Shown: positions 39,753-49,227, numbered from the stretch's first letter. The stretch is DNA of 64,000 nt from an uncultured Gammaproteobacteria bacterium (GCA_964362665.1 CAYIFB010000004.1:13349-77348); one strand, 5' to 3'. Notes: generated from the sequence alone by a model not told the origin. Program-made: numbers and translations.

Positions 39753-39786
39753 AAAAAAATCTCACTCCTTTAAAAAGGGTGAGATT
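39753..39786 (-). terminator. T-box terminator/sequestrator hairpin containing the ppcA SD
   Basis: AAUCUCAC-CCUU-uuua-AAGG-A-GUGAGAUU then a U run and AUG; AAGGAG lies inside the stem. Confidence 0.85.
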
Positions 39787-39900
39787 ATTATAATTTCTCA
39801 CGGTACCACCTTAAACTTTCTTTTTACTGCTGTCTCGGGCTTACCCGTCGGATTCTACTATTTTCTTTCCGATGCTCCGGTGTGTCGTCACCATCATTGC
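39753..39900 (-). ncRNA. T-box riboswitch, ultra-short Stem I, Asp (GAC) specifier
   Basis: Minus strand: Stem I GCAAUGAU-GGUG-acGACa-CACC-GGAGC; Stem II UCGGA-AAGAA..AGUAGAA-UCCGA; Stem IIA/B CGGG-UAAG-CCCG; antiterminator AAGG-UGGUACC-GUGAGA..UCUCAC-CCUU. Confidence 0.9.
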
Positions 39901-39910
39901 AATCTACTTA

Positions 39911-41629
39911 TTAAGTAGAAATCCTAACATCTTTAAGACGCAATTGCAAGCGTGTTTTAGAATTCCATGTGTTCTCATCCAAACTGTATAATATGTCAAT
40001 CTTTCTATCAGGGTTAAACTGACTTGAAATTTCTCCCATTTTAAATCCGATGGCTTCGATAAAATCATGTTCTAAATCATGAGAGAAATTATTATTTGCC
40101 GTAATATTTTCGCTTATTTTCAATTTCATTTTCAAATGGTTTCTTTCACGACCCACCAATGAAAAACCTGCGATCATGATATTTTTACTTAAAAAAACAG
40201 GCTCAGTATTTCCTACTCCAAATGGCTCTAAAAGTAATAATTTCGCATATAAATCCCCAGTTATCTCAGTCAGGTTTAAAACCATATCTATATAGATATT
40301 TTTATCCTGTTTCTTTTTTAAATTATTTTTTTGAAAAAAATCGGTAAGTCTTGATTCAAGTAGCCCAATTTTAGATGTTTCAACAGTAAAACCTGCCGCC
40401 TGAGGATGACCGCCAACATCAATTAAGATATCTTCAAACTTTCTGATAATCGCGACGATATCGATGCCTTTAATAGATCGGGCTGAAGCTTTGGAAATTT
40501 TTTCGCCTTTAGCAATCACAATCGATGGAAGATTGGCATCTTGGGTCAGTCTTCCGGCAATAAGACCGATTATCCCTGTTTGAAAACTTTCGTGACTGAT
40601 AAAGATTAAACCAGTTTTATTAATAACCATACCCTTCGCCAATATTACCGCCTCCTCTGTCATGATCTGTCTTTTTTTATTCAAATCATAAAGTTTTTCT
40701 GATAACGACATCGCCCTAATCTTGTCATTAGTGCAAAGAAGGCGAAGCGCATCAATGGCGTGAGTCAGGCGTCCGATGGCATTAATTCTTGGTCCGATGA
40801 TATGACCCAAATCATAGACGTCAATATCTTCTTTAATGATTCCGGCATGTTTTATTAGTGTATTTAAACCAACTCTTTTGGTCTTTCTAAGTTGCTCCAG
40901 TCCTGCTTTCACAAAAATTCGATTCACTCCGGTAAGCGGGATTAAATCACAAACTGTGGCCAATGCCACTAAATCCAGATTTTCTTTTTGGGAGAATTTA
41001 CCATGTTGCAAATCTTCGGATTTTTTCAGATAACTTGTCAACTCCTCGCAAAAATACCAAACTAAAGCAGTTGCACAAATCATGGTTGTATGTACAAGAA
41101 TATTAATTTGGGGAGATTTATCCGGTTTTACGTGGTGATCGATTACAATAATATCGATTCCCCTGCTTTTGGCAAAAGCAATTTTGCTGCCGGCTGAAAT
41201 ACCATGATCAACCGTAATGATCAGAGAAGCGTTATATTTTTTCTTGACCTCTAAAATACCTTTTTCCGATAGTCCGTAACCCTCATCAATCCTGTTTGGT
41301 ACATAGGGCATCACCTTAGCACCTAATCCATAAAGACATTCCCAAAGCAGAGCACCGCTGCTTAACCCATCCACATCATAATCGGTATAGACTACTATTG
41401 ATTCAGAATTTTTTAACGCCGAATCGATTCGTTTCAGAGCTTTTAATAAACCGGTGGTTTTTATTCCTAATATTTTACGGTTTATTTGGGATAAATCAGG
41501 ATGGAGAAATTCTTTTATTTGTTTTTTGGTTTTTATACCGCGGTTTTTAAGTATTATTGATATTATTTCATCCTCTTTGGATATATTCGATTTACCCCGG
41601 CTCTCATCTAAAATTTTCCACTTATTCAT
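39911..41629 (-). CDS. recJ: ssDNA exonuclease RecJ
   Basis: DYDVDG, EGYG, TVD.G, DHH, GPRINA.GR, GGH..AAG, PFG.GN.EP. Confidence 0.96.
   Translation of the reverse strand: MNKWKILDESRGKSNISKEDEIISIILKNRGIKTKKQIKEFLHPDLSQINRKILGIKTTGLLKALKRIDSALKNSESIVVYTDYDVDGLSSGALLWECLYGLGAKVMPYVPNRIDEGYGLSEKGILEVKKKYNASLIITVDHGISAGSKIAFAKSRGIDIIVIDHHVKPDKSPQINILVHTTMICATALVWYFCEELTSYLKKSEDLQHGKFSQKENLDLVALATVCDLIPLTGVNRIFVKAGLEQLRKTKRVGLNTLIKHAGIIKEDIDVYDLGHIIGPRINAIGRLTHAIDALRLLCTNDKIRAMSLSEKLYDLNKKRQIMTEEAVILAKGMVINKTGLIFISHESFQTGIIGLIAGRLTQDANLPSIVIAKGEKISKASARSIKGIDIVAIIRKFEDILIDVGGHPQAAGFTVETSKIGLLESRLTDFFQKNNLKKKQDKNIYIDMVLNLTEITGDLYAKLLLLEPFGVGNTEPVFLSKNIMIAGFSLVGRERNHLKMKLKISENITANNNFSHDLEHDFIEAIGFKMGEISSQFNPDRKIDILYSLDENTWNSKTRLQLRLKDVRIST
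39921..39949 (-). promoter_or_regulatory. Putative promoter of the T-box leader, inside the recJ 3' end
   Basis: Minus strand TTGCAA-N17-TAGGAT with a TGn extension. Confidence 0.5.
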
Positions 41630-41653
41630 GATCTTATTTACCTTTCTTATTCT

Positions 41654-41671
41654 ATCCGCTGGCTGGCGGAT
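41654..41671. repeat. Short GC-rich palindrome
   Basis: atccgc-tggctg-gcggat in the recJ/cca intergenic region. Confidence 0.45.
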
Positions 41672-41760
41672 CGGTCTAGAAAGGTTTATACTGATTCCAA
41701 ATTCTAATAAAAAGAAGTATATCTTTAGGTTATAATATTAGTCAGAAAATTAATACTATC

Positions 41761-43119
41761 ATGAAATATCAAATTCCCAAAGAAGTTTTGATTGTCTTTA
41801 ATAAATTCCATAAAAAAGGATATGAGATCTTTGCTGTAGGAGGCGCTGTCAGAAATCTAATTCTTAACAGAATGACTAAGGATTGGGATTTCACCACAAA
41901 TGCCCAACCTGAAGAGATTGTCAAACTTTTTAAAGACAGTTTTTATGATAATAAATTCGGTACTGTCGGAATTCCGGTAAAAAGTCTGTCATCAGTTTTT
42001 GAAATTACTACCTATCGCAGTGAGTTGGGCTTCACCAATCATCGGCATCCCGACAAAATAATTTGGGGCAAAACCCTCGAAGAAGATTTAAAAAGACGGG
42101 ATTTTACCATTAATACTCTGGTTTTTGACGGAGATAATGTCAAGGATTTACTCGGAGGAATAGCTGATTTAGATAATCATTTGATTAAAGCAGTTGGAGA
42201 CGCTTCGGAAAGATTTCAGGAGGATGCCTTAAGGATGCTCAGGGCTGTCCGCATTGCCACACAGCTGAAGTTTATGATCGAATCCCATACTTTTGCGGCC
42301 ATCCAAAAAAACATCAAACTTTTAAATAAAATTTCCCAGGAAAGGATAAGAGATGAGTTGATAAAAATTCTATCGTCAGAATATCCTGCAGACGGTATTT
42401 TACTTCTAAGAAATTGCGGAATCCTTACCGTAATCCTGCCGGAATTGGAGGCATGTTTTGGGGTTGAACAAAAAAGTCCGAAACGTCATCATAAATATGA
42501 TGTCGGGACACATCTTGTAGAATCACTTCGTCATTGTCCATCTCTGAATCCTTATGTTCGATTAGCAACGCTTCTTCATGATATTGGAAAGCCTCGTGTA
42601 TTTAATAAGACTGACGAGGGTGTTATCACTTTTTATAATCATGAAATTATCGGTAACTCGATGGTGAAAAAAATTGTAAACCGGCTCCATCTTTCTAAAA
42701 AAGAAAGTGAAAAAATATGTCGTCTCGTCAAGTATCATCAATTTACCGTTGATGAAAGACAAACAGACAAAGCGGTAAGGCGTTTCATCAAAAATGTAGG
42801 TCTGGAAAACCTGAAAGATATTTTGGACCTTCGTATCGGTGACCGTCTGGGGGGAGGCGCCACCGAAACATCTTGGCGGCTGGATCTATTTAAAAAAAGA
42901 TTGATTGAGGTACAAAAACAGCCATTTACCATCTCAGATTTAAAAATTGACGGGTTTGACGTGATGAAAATACTTAATCTCTCCCCGGGACCAAGAGTTG
43001 GAGAAATTCTCGCTTTACTCTTCGCAAAAGTTATTGACGGAAAAATAAAAAATGATAGGGAATCTCTTCTTACCGAAATTAAAGCTTTTTTTTCTTCAAT
43101 GACCAATCTTCCCAAATAA
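41761..43119 (+). CDS. cca: tRNA nucleotidyltransferase (CCA-adding family) with HD domain
   Basis: VGGAVR, DWD, RRDFTIN, RF.EDALR.LR, LLHDIGK. Confidence 0.9.
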   Translation: MKYQIPKEVLIVFNKFHKKGYEIFAVGGAVRNLILNRMTKDWDFTTNAQPEEIVKLFKDSFYDNKFGTVGIPVKSLSSVFEITTYRSELGFTNHRHPDKIIWGKTLEEDLKRRDFTINTLVFDGDNVKDLLGGIADLDNHLIKAVGDASERFQEDALRMLRAVRIATQLKFMIESHTFAAIQKNIKLLNKISQERIRDELIKILSSEYPADGILLLRNCGILTVILPELEACFGVEQKSPKRHHKYDVGTHLVESLRHCPSLNPYVRLATLLHDIGKPRVFNKTDEGVITFYNHEIIGNSMVKKIVNRLHLSKKESEKICRLVKYHQFTVDERQTDKAVRRFIKNVGLENLKDILDLRIGDRLGGGATETSWRLDLFKKRLIEVQKQPFTISDLKIDGFDVMKILNLSPGPRVGEILALLFAKVIDGKIKNDRESLLTEIKAFFSSMTNLPK

Positions 43120-43987
43120 CGAGAAGCGGAGCGGCGTTAAATATCGAAGAATAGGTACCTGATGTAATACCAATCAGAAGCGCAGCAATAAACCATCTTG
43201 TTGACTCTCCGCCAAATAACAACAAGGCAACCAAAGTCAGAATTACTGTCATCGATGTTGATAAAGATCGGGCAAGTGTTTGTACCACTGATTCATTAAC
43301 AATCTGAGAAAAATCTTTGCCTGTTAGATGAATCAGATTTTCTCTAATCCTGTCAAAAACAACTATTGAATCATGCACGGAAAATCCCATGACTGTCAAA
43401 AGGGCGGTAATAATTAAGCTATCAACTTCAACCTTATAAAAATGTCCAAGAATGGAAAATATTCCTAGTACCACCAAAATATCATGGATTAAGGCAAGAA
43501 CTGCACAAAATCCAAATCTCCACGATGAGTAAGGCTTAGGAATGTGACGAAAGGCTAATGCCACATAGATTATGATGGCGATGGATGCCACCACTACAGC
43601 CTTCAGCGCATTTTGAGAGGTTTCTTTACCGATGAGGGGACCTACTGTTTCACTGCGAATTTGTTTAACTTCGCCATATGTTTCAGTAAGGTCGGAAAAT
43701 AATTTCTGGCTTTTGTCTTTATCCAAAGATTTTAGTCTGATTAAAAAGGTATTTTCACCGGATTTTTGAATACTTCCGACTTCTAATTTATCTTTTTCCA
43801 ATATTTTCCGAAGATCGTCATTTTCTATCTTGGATTCTTTTTTAAGGAATTGATACTCAAGAAGAGTTCCTCCTGTAAAATCTATAGCAGGTCTGATTCC
43901 CCAGATAATTAATGATATCAAGCCCGGTATAATGACAACAGCTGAAAATATTAGATACCACCATTTTTTTCCGATAATATCGATCAT
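43079..43987 (-). CDS. secF: Protein translocase subunit SecF
   Basis: IDFTGG, VGP, HD, GFSVHD.IVVFDRIRE, GTYSSIF. Confidence 0.96.
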   Translation of the reverse strand: MIDIIGKKWWYLIFSAVVIIPGLISLIIWGIRPAIDFTGGTLLEYQFLKKESKIENDDLRKILEKDKLEVGSIQKSGENTFLIRLKSLDKDKSQKLFSDLTETYGEVKQIRSETVGPLIGKETSQNALKAVVVASIAIIIYVALAFRHIPKPYSSWRFGFCAVLALIHDILVVLGIFSILGHFYKVEVDSLIITALLTVMGFSVHDSIVVFDRIRENLIHLTGKDFSQIVNESVVQTLARSLSTSMTVILTLVALLLFGGESTRWFIAALLIGITSGTYSSIFNAAPLLVIWEDWSLKKKKL

Positions 43988-43989
43988 TT

Positions 43990-45321
43990 TTATTCCTTAT
44001 AAATCAGGTTGAGTAAATTGCGGGTTATCGTAATAGCACTGAAAAGCGATATCACAATTCCAATTGCTAGAGTTACGGCAAAACCCCGCACTATACCTGT
44101 ACCAAACCAATATAATATTCCGCAGGTGATAAGTGATGATATATTAGAATCCCTGATTGACGGAAAAGCCCTGTCAAAACCAAGTTTCAACGCCACTAGA
44201 TAATCTTTACCCCATCTGATTTCTTCCTTCATTCTTTCAAAAATCAATATATTAGCATCAACTGCCATACCAATCGAGAGTATAAATCCGGCAATTCCAG
44301 GCAGAGTCAAAGTTACAGGAATAAGCTTAAAGAGAGCAAAAACTATCAAGGCATAAATGATTAGAGCTGTATCTGCAATAAGACCGAGTAACCGGTAATT
44401 GACGATCATAAAAACTGCAATAATAAATAAACCTATCATGCCTGCTAAAATGCTTCTATGAACTGACTGCTGACCAAGAGTCGCCCCGACGTTTCGCTGT
44501 TCTATAACCTGTAAAGGAACGGGCAAGGCGCCGGCATTCAGGGAAATAGCTAATCTTTTTGCTTCATCCAGTGAAAATTTTCCCGTTATTGACGCTTTTC
44601 CACCGGTAATCGGCTCATTAACTTTTGGAGCCGATAAAAGTTGATTATCTAAAAAGATAGCCACTGTTTTGTTCACATTTCGAGTGGTAATATCTTCAAA
44701 CAATTTTGCTCCATCACTATCAAATTCCAAAGAAACCTGCGGCTCCCCCGTATTGGGTTGAAAAGTCACTTCAGCCTTCTTCAAATTTTTGCCATTTAAA
44801 GAAGTATTGATTGGCCAAATGTCCGCGAATGAGGAAGGAGTTGCTATTTTAGCTGATGCTGTTGCTTCCTCAAAAAATGATAATTGGGCTGTTTTTCCAA
44901 TCAACTCTATTGCCTGATCAATATTTGATATTCCCGGAATTTCGACTAAAAGTCTATATGAATCCCCGACTTTTGACTGTTGTATTATTGACTCGCTTAA
45001 CCCATATAAATTAATTCTTCGTTCGACGATGTTTTTAGCAGAATCATAAGCTTTCGCCCGGTCTGCTTTATCAACCTTACTCATATCCGCTTCCAGAACC
45101 AGATGAGTGCCCCCGGCTAAATCAAGACCATAATGAATATCTATATTTTTATTTATAGTGATATTTCCAAGGGTAAAGTTAATTTGTGGTGAACTGATGA
45201 TGCGATCAACATTAATCTTGCCTAATTGAAATTTTAACCTGTAATTTTTTGGCAAATCTATTATCCCGACTACAATCGTCAAGATAACAATAAACCAAAT
45301 AATTTTTCTTTTGCTAAACAT
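43990..45321 (-). CDS. secD: Protein translocase subunit SecD
   Basis: GLDLAGG, AGALP, GMAVDANILIFER, DSN. Confidence 0.96.
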   Translation of the reverse strand: MFSKRKIIWFIVILTIVVGIIDLPKNYRLKFQLGKINVDRIISSPQINFTLGNITINKNIDIHYGLDLAGGTHLVLEADMSKVDKADRAKAYDSAKNIVERRINLYGLSESIIQQSKVGDSYRLLVEIPGISNIDQAIELIGKTAQLSFFEEATASAKIATPSSFADIWPINTSLNGKNLKKAEVTFQPNTGEPQVSLEFDSDGAKLFEDITTRNVNKTVAIFLDNQLLSAPKVNEPITGGKASITGKFSLDEAKRLAISLNAGALPVPLQVIEQRNVGATLGQQSVHRSILAGMIGLFIIAVFMIVNYRLLGLIADTALIIYALIVFALFKLIPVTLTLPGIAGFILSIGMAVDANILIFERMKEEIRWGKDYLVALKLGFDRAFPSIRDSNISSLITCGILYWFGTGIVRGFAVTLAIGIVISLFSAITITRNLLNLIYKE

Positions 45322-45328
45322 AAGTTTT

Positions 45329-45514
45329 TTATTTCGCAGATGAAGTTGGAAGTTTTAATTGTACAGCACCGGAGAAAAAGACAGACATCAGTCCTTTATC
45401 CAACGATGTTATTACTTTAACATTATCCCCGGGATTTATTCCCAAAGAATGAGCAAAATCGGCTGGTATGATCACCGCAAGACTGTGTTTACCTGCCCGG
45501 ATTATCTTTTTCAT
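45329..45514 (-). CDS. AbrB/MazE/SpoVT-type DNA-binding protein
   Basis: G.HSLAVIIP......LGI..GD.V. Confidence 0.75.
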   Translation of the reverse strand: MKKIIRAGKHSLAVIIPADFAHSLGINPGDNVKVITSLDKGLMSVFFSGAVQLKLPTSSAK

Positions 45515-45529
45515 CTTAGAATAAATCTT

Positions 45530-46105
45530 TTAACCGATCAGTTCTTCTTCATCTCCAATTATCATAATCCTTGATCCTTTAAGAATATCCATGACGAATG
45601 GGTCTTTCCTTTTTTTACGGAATTCGAATTCTTCCTCGCTCATCACCGTATAATTTATTTCTCTTTCCCGTCTAACCTCCTCCGCCCGAATAAGTTGACT
45701 GAGTTCTGGTATGACTACTTTGCCCACCATCAATAAATCTACGTCATTAGTTGCCCTATTTTTATTTCTGGCATATTTACCTGATATCATCACAAACTTT
45801 ATTTTTCCCAGTTTTACTTTATTTTTTATAATATCACCACCCAAAGCTGAAGTTTTTACTATTAAACCCATCAGATCATAATATAGAGGGTAATCTTTGC
45901 GAAGACCGTAGAAGAGTCTATTTGCCCGTCTTTCCTTGGATAAGAGGCCTGCTTTTTCCAAGTGGGCTAGCTCGCGACGAACAGCATTAATCTCCTCTTC
46001 CACCAAACGGACTATAGCCCTAACATGATAAATTTTGGCGGGTGTTAGAAAAAAAAGTTCCAATATTTTTACCCGGACGCGGGAAATTATCAAATCGTGC
46101 AACAT
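45530..46105 (-). CDS. wHTH plus nucleotidyltransferase-like regulator
   Basis: SRVR.KIL, HVR...R...EEINAVRREL, C-terminal SG....DVDLL.VG; RBS AAGGAGGG precedes MLHDL. Confidence 0.75.
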   Translation of the reverse strand: MLHDLIISRVRVKILELFFLTPAKIYHVRAIVRLVEEEINAVRRELAHLEKAGLLSKERRANRLFYGLRKDYPLYYDLMGLIVKTSALGGDIIKNKVKLGKIKFVMISGKYARNKNRATNDVDLLMVGKVVIPELSQLIRAEEVRREREINYTVMSEEEFEFRKKRKDPFVMDILKGSRIMIIGDEEELIG

Positions 46106-46135
46106 ATTTTTCCCTCCTTTCAATTATTGCGATCC

Positions 46136-46192
46136 GGGACAAGGTAATGACTTTATTACATTTGTCCCCATATCCATTATTACGGATAGGGG
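46136..46192 (-). promoter_or_regulatory. Two overlapping, mutually exclusive hairpins in a 5' leader
   Basis: gggacaa..gtaat/attac..ttgtccc and cccca-tatcc/ggatagggg overlap at the cccc run (46166-46169). Confidence 0.45.
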
Positions 46193-46210
46193 CAGGTTAT
46201 TTCATAATTT

Positions 46211-47386
46211 TTAATAAGTCAATTGCTGTTCGCTAGGTATTAATTCTATCCAGATTGGACCTCTGATAAATTTTATTTCCTTACCTGTTGTATCAAAAAA
46301 CACTGTCCTACCGATTCTGCTTTTTTTACTCCAAGTCCCGACGATTGCCTTTCCATCCTGGAAGATTACAGCCTTTCCTGAACCGATGGTGGCATATAAA
46401 AAATGACCATGTTCATCCACTGGACCGGTAAGTTTAGTGAGTTGAACTACTACGTTTTTAGCAGTTAATTGCTCTTTTGTTTCCAGATCAAGCTGAACTA
46501 CGCCTCCGTTTTTTCGTTTATATAAATTTAAAGACTGATCGTAATCCCATTCAACATCATATTTATCATATCCCTCTGCAAAAATAATTTTTATGGTTTG
46601 TGCATTACCCCTATCGGAGGTATCAGCGTCATCTTTAAATGACCATTTTTTAAAATTCTTATCCCAGGATATTCCGTTCTCATCTGGATTAGTCCAACCT
46701 CGTTTTGCGGCTATTTTATACAGGTTTTCCGAAAAACAAACCATTGTATGTTCAGTTGCCACAGGGTGATCCAATCTGTCAGGATTTCTATAACAATCCG
46801 GGAAACCTATACCAAACTGATCTAAATCTTTTATACCAAACCGATCAATTTGACATAGCGCCTTTGCACGATCATCAACTGTGTCATCCGAACAATTACC
46901 TGCTCCACCTACATGGTTGTATAAAGCATCATATTCTGATACCCAGTCAACATAATATGTCCGGGCAGATCTGACCGGTGCAAAAGTTATATTTTCAAGT
47001 GGAGTATTACAGTAAAAAACACCCATAAGTCTGGTAATCCAACCTTCAGCTAGAGCTTCATAGATGATATCTGCTCGAGATAATCCTGATTGCGGTCTTG
47101 CTTCATCGCTATTTTCTATCATAACAGCCAAAGGTCTGACTTTATCCCAAATTTCTTTTTCTTTCTTGGTATACATGACACCATTTAAAGGACATGTTTC
47201 ATCGCGGGGGATAGCTGGATCAACTTTATTTTTTATTTTTTGAGCCGGTGAAATTTTCCCCAGAGGTGAGGTTATTTCTTTTGTGGATGATTTCAGGGAT
47301 ATATTATTAAAAACTGCATAGGACATACCTGTCGAAATAAGATATAAACCCAGTCCGGCTAAAATTGGAATAAGTTTATTTTTCAT
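46211..47386 (-). CDS. DUF3048 (YerB-like) protein
   Basis: RPLAVMIEN...ARPQSGL..AD..YE...EG.ITR, PVRSAR.Y. Confidence 0.88.
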   Translation of the reverse strand: MKNKLIPILAGLGLYLISTGMSYAVFNNISLKSSTKEITSPLGKISPAQKIKNKVDPAIPRDETCPLNGVMYTKKEKEIWDKVRPLAVMIENSDEARPQSGLSRADIIYEALAEGWITRLMGVFYCNTPLENITFAPVRSARTYYVDWVSEYDALYNHVGGAGNCSDDTVDDRAKALCQIDRFGIKDLDQFGIGFPDCYRNPDRLDHPVATEHTMVCFSENLYKIAAKRGWTNPDENGISWDKNFKKWSFKDDADTSDRGNAQTIKIIFAEGYDKYDVEWDYDQSLNLYKRKNGGVVQLDLETKEQLTAKNVVVQLTKLTGPVDEHGHFLYATIGSGKAVIFQDGKAIVGTWSKKSRIGRTVFFDTTGKEIKFIRGPIWIELIPSEQQLTY

Positions 47387-47393
47387 GAATTAA

Positions 47394-47882
47394 TTATAAT
47401 ATATTTTGTATTTCAGTTTTTCTTTTAATACCGACTGCTTTTTTAATGGCTTTCAGCTCATCCTCTGATAATTCGTGATCTACTCCTTTGCCTAAACTGA
47501 CATTTTTAGCGTACCACCGTGTGGTTCCTCGGCTATGTAGAGACGTCAAAACAATTCCACTATCAGTTCCATCAAGAATCGCCAAAATAAAACTCTGATC
47601 TCCCCCTGTATCCGCAAAAGGATTAAATCTGAGAATTCCTATTTTTTGAATGTGACTTACAACATCTTCAGTAAGTTTTGCAACATTTTCCTTTAACTTT
47701 TCTATATTTTTACGATCCAACGTGATTTCGGTTGTGATCTGATTAAGAACTTGAGTTAAATTTCCCTTGTTATGTCCCTTCATCAACCCTTGGTAATGAG
47801 AGCTTATTTTTATCAGATATACTGTCAATCCGATTGTCCAAATGAATAAGAAAACACTTAGAATAATATAAAAATTATTCAT
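47394..47882 (-). CDS. DUF4446 family protein
   Basis: TM, coiled coil, RFNPF.DTGGDQSF...LD....G......H.R.....YAK. Confidence 0.88.
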   Translation of the reverse strand: MNNFYIILSVFLFIWTIGLTVYLIKISSHYQGLMKGHNKGNLTQVLNQITTEITLDRKNIEKLKENVAKLTEDVVSHIQKIGILRFNPFADTGGDQSFILAILDGTDSGIVLTSLHSRGTTRWYAKNVSLGKGVDHELSEDELKAIKKAVGIKRKTEIQNIL

Positions 47883-47991
47883 TTTTCAAATCAATACTTA
47901 CAAGCTAATAATGAGTAAACTATGTATTCGAGATTGTACTCACTTTACAAGACACTGTCAATATGTTAAGCTCGATCACGCTCGAATTGAT

Positions 47992-48276
47992 ATGCCAAAA
48001 AAAACTAAAAGGCAAAAATTACTGGCGGAACAACACCGACAAAAACTTCTAAATTCTCAACCTGTCAAGAACCAAATTAATTTACCCCGGAATAATCAAG
48101 ATATCCACCCGGAGGTTAAATATACATTTAATAAACAGAGCGTTCCAGCGGTAAAACCGGTATTCAAAAGTAATGAGTATAGTTATGTCAATAAAGATTT
48201 GAAAAGAATAAGTTTATTTACTTTTCTTGCAATCAGCCTGCAGGTTGTGATATATTTCGTTCTTAAAGGAAGCTAA
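47992..48276 (+). CDS. Small hypothetical protein with C-terminal TM
   Basis: MPKKTKRQK...YSYV.KDLKRI plus a TM helix; ATG 47992 preferred over the track start 47911. Confidence 0.7.
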   Translation: MPKKTKRQKLLAEQHRQKLLNSQPVKNQINLPRNNQDIHPEVKYTFNKQSVPAVKPVFKSNEYSYVNKDLKRISLFTFLAISLQVVIYFVLKGS

Positions 48277-48309
48277 AAAATAATTTTCTTGAAGGGAGGT
48301 GACAAAAAA

Positions 48310-48450
48310 ATGGCAGAAATGTATTGTGTTAAATGTCGCGCAAAAAGAGATGATCCAAATGCACAGAAAGTGACCATGAAAAATGGTAAACCAGCTTTGA
48401 AGGGTAAATGTCCAACTTGTGGTACGGGAATGTATAAAATCGGAGGATAA
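48310..48450 (+). CDS. DUF5679-like zinc-ribbon protein (46 aa, not in ORF track)
   Basis: MAEMYCVKCRAKRDDPNAQKVTMKNGKPALKGKCPTCGTGMYKIGG*; RBS GGGAGGTGA; terminator downstream. Confidence 0.9.
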   Translation: MAEMYCVKCRAKRDDPNAQKVTMKNGKPALKGKCPTCGTGMYKIGG

Positions 48451-48477
48451 TTTTCGTTGAAGAATTTTTTAACGAAT

Positions 48478-48502
48478 AAACCCCGCCTTTGGCGGGGTTT
48501 TT
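48478..48502. terminator. Intrinsic terminator, probably bidirectional
   Basis: aaaccccgcc-ttt-ggcggggttttt. Confidence 0.88.
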
Positions 48503-48524
48503 CTTGGGATAACTAAAAAAAATT

Positions 48525-49154
48525 TCATCTTTTAGTAGCCACAATTTTATTGACAATGTTGAAGGGGCCGAAATCAGTTCTTCTCACCTCAAAACCGGCA
48601 GATTGAAAATACTGCATATTATTTCTTTGCAGATGTAATGTAGTGTGCGGAGAAACTAAGCGAAATAAAATTCTTGCAATAAGATTATTATTCTGAGGAA
48701 TGCCGCCTGCAATAATTATAACTTTTCCGTTTTTCTTCAAAACCCTTTTCATCTCTAAAATTGCTTTTTCGAGGTGAGTTATTTCCGCCAGGACGAATGT
48801 CAGTACTATGCAATCAAACACTTCATTGTCAAAAGGTAGTTTTTCCACGCTCTGCTGTAGGATTGGAGGAGTAAATCCCGCTTTTTTTAATCTTCGTTTG
48901 GCTTCATAAGCCATACCGCGGCGAAGCTCGATACCTGTAATATCACATCCCTTCTGAACCAGCTTTAGCAACAGTTTACCGGGCCCCACTCCTATTTCCA
49001 GAATTTTATTTCCTGAAATGTCTTCAAATACCCGCTGTTGCCACTGCTCCCATTGACCGAAAGATAAAAGCTGAGTCAAATTGGAATAAATTAGAGGCCA
49101 CGCGTGGTAAGCTTTGTAGAAGAAATCGAATAATTTTATTTTAGAGAGTCGCAT
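48525..49154 (-). CDS. Class I SAM-dependent methyltransferase (UbiE-like)
   Basis: LEIGVGPG, LPF....FD, EM.RVLK..G. Confidence 0.88.
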   Translation of the reverse strand: MRLSKIKLFDFFYKAYHAWPLIYSNLTQLLSFGQWEQWQQRVFEDISGNKILEIGVGPGKLLLKLVQKGCDITGIELRRGMAYEAKRRLKKAGFTPPILQQSVEKLPFDNEVFDCIVLTFVLAEITHLEKAILEMKRVLKKNGKVIIIAGGIPQNNNLIARILFRLVSPHTTLHLQRNNMQYFQSAGFEVRRTDFGPFNIVNKIVATKR

Positions 49155-49186
49155 ATAAAGCGGCTACAAGATATTGTAACACACGA

Positions 49187-49215
49187 TTGACAATAAATTC
49201 AATTAAAGATAAAAT
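49187..49215 (+). promoter_or_regulatory. Sigma70 promoter of the leu leader
   Basis: TTGACA-N17-TAAAAT. Confidence 0.85.
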
Positions 49216-49227
49216 AATTCCAGAATC

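Noticed and set aside
39730-39918. 62-aa plus-strand ORF
   Set aside because: Antisense to the T-box leader; no RBS or protein features.
48329-48556. 75-aa minus-strand ORF
   Set aside because: Antisense to the zinc-ribbon gene and runs through its terminator.
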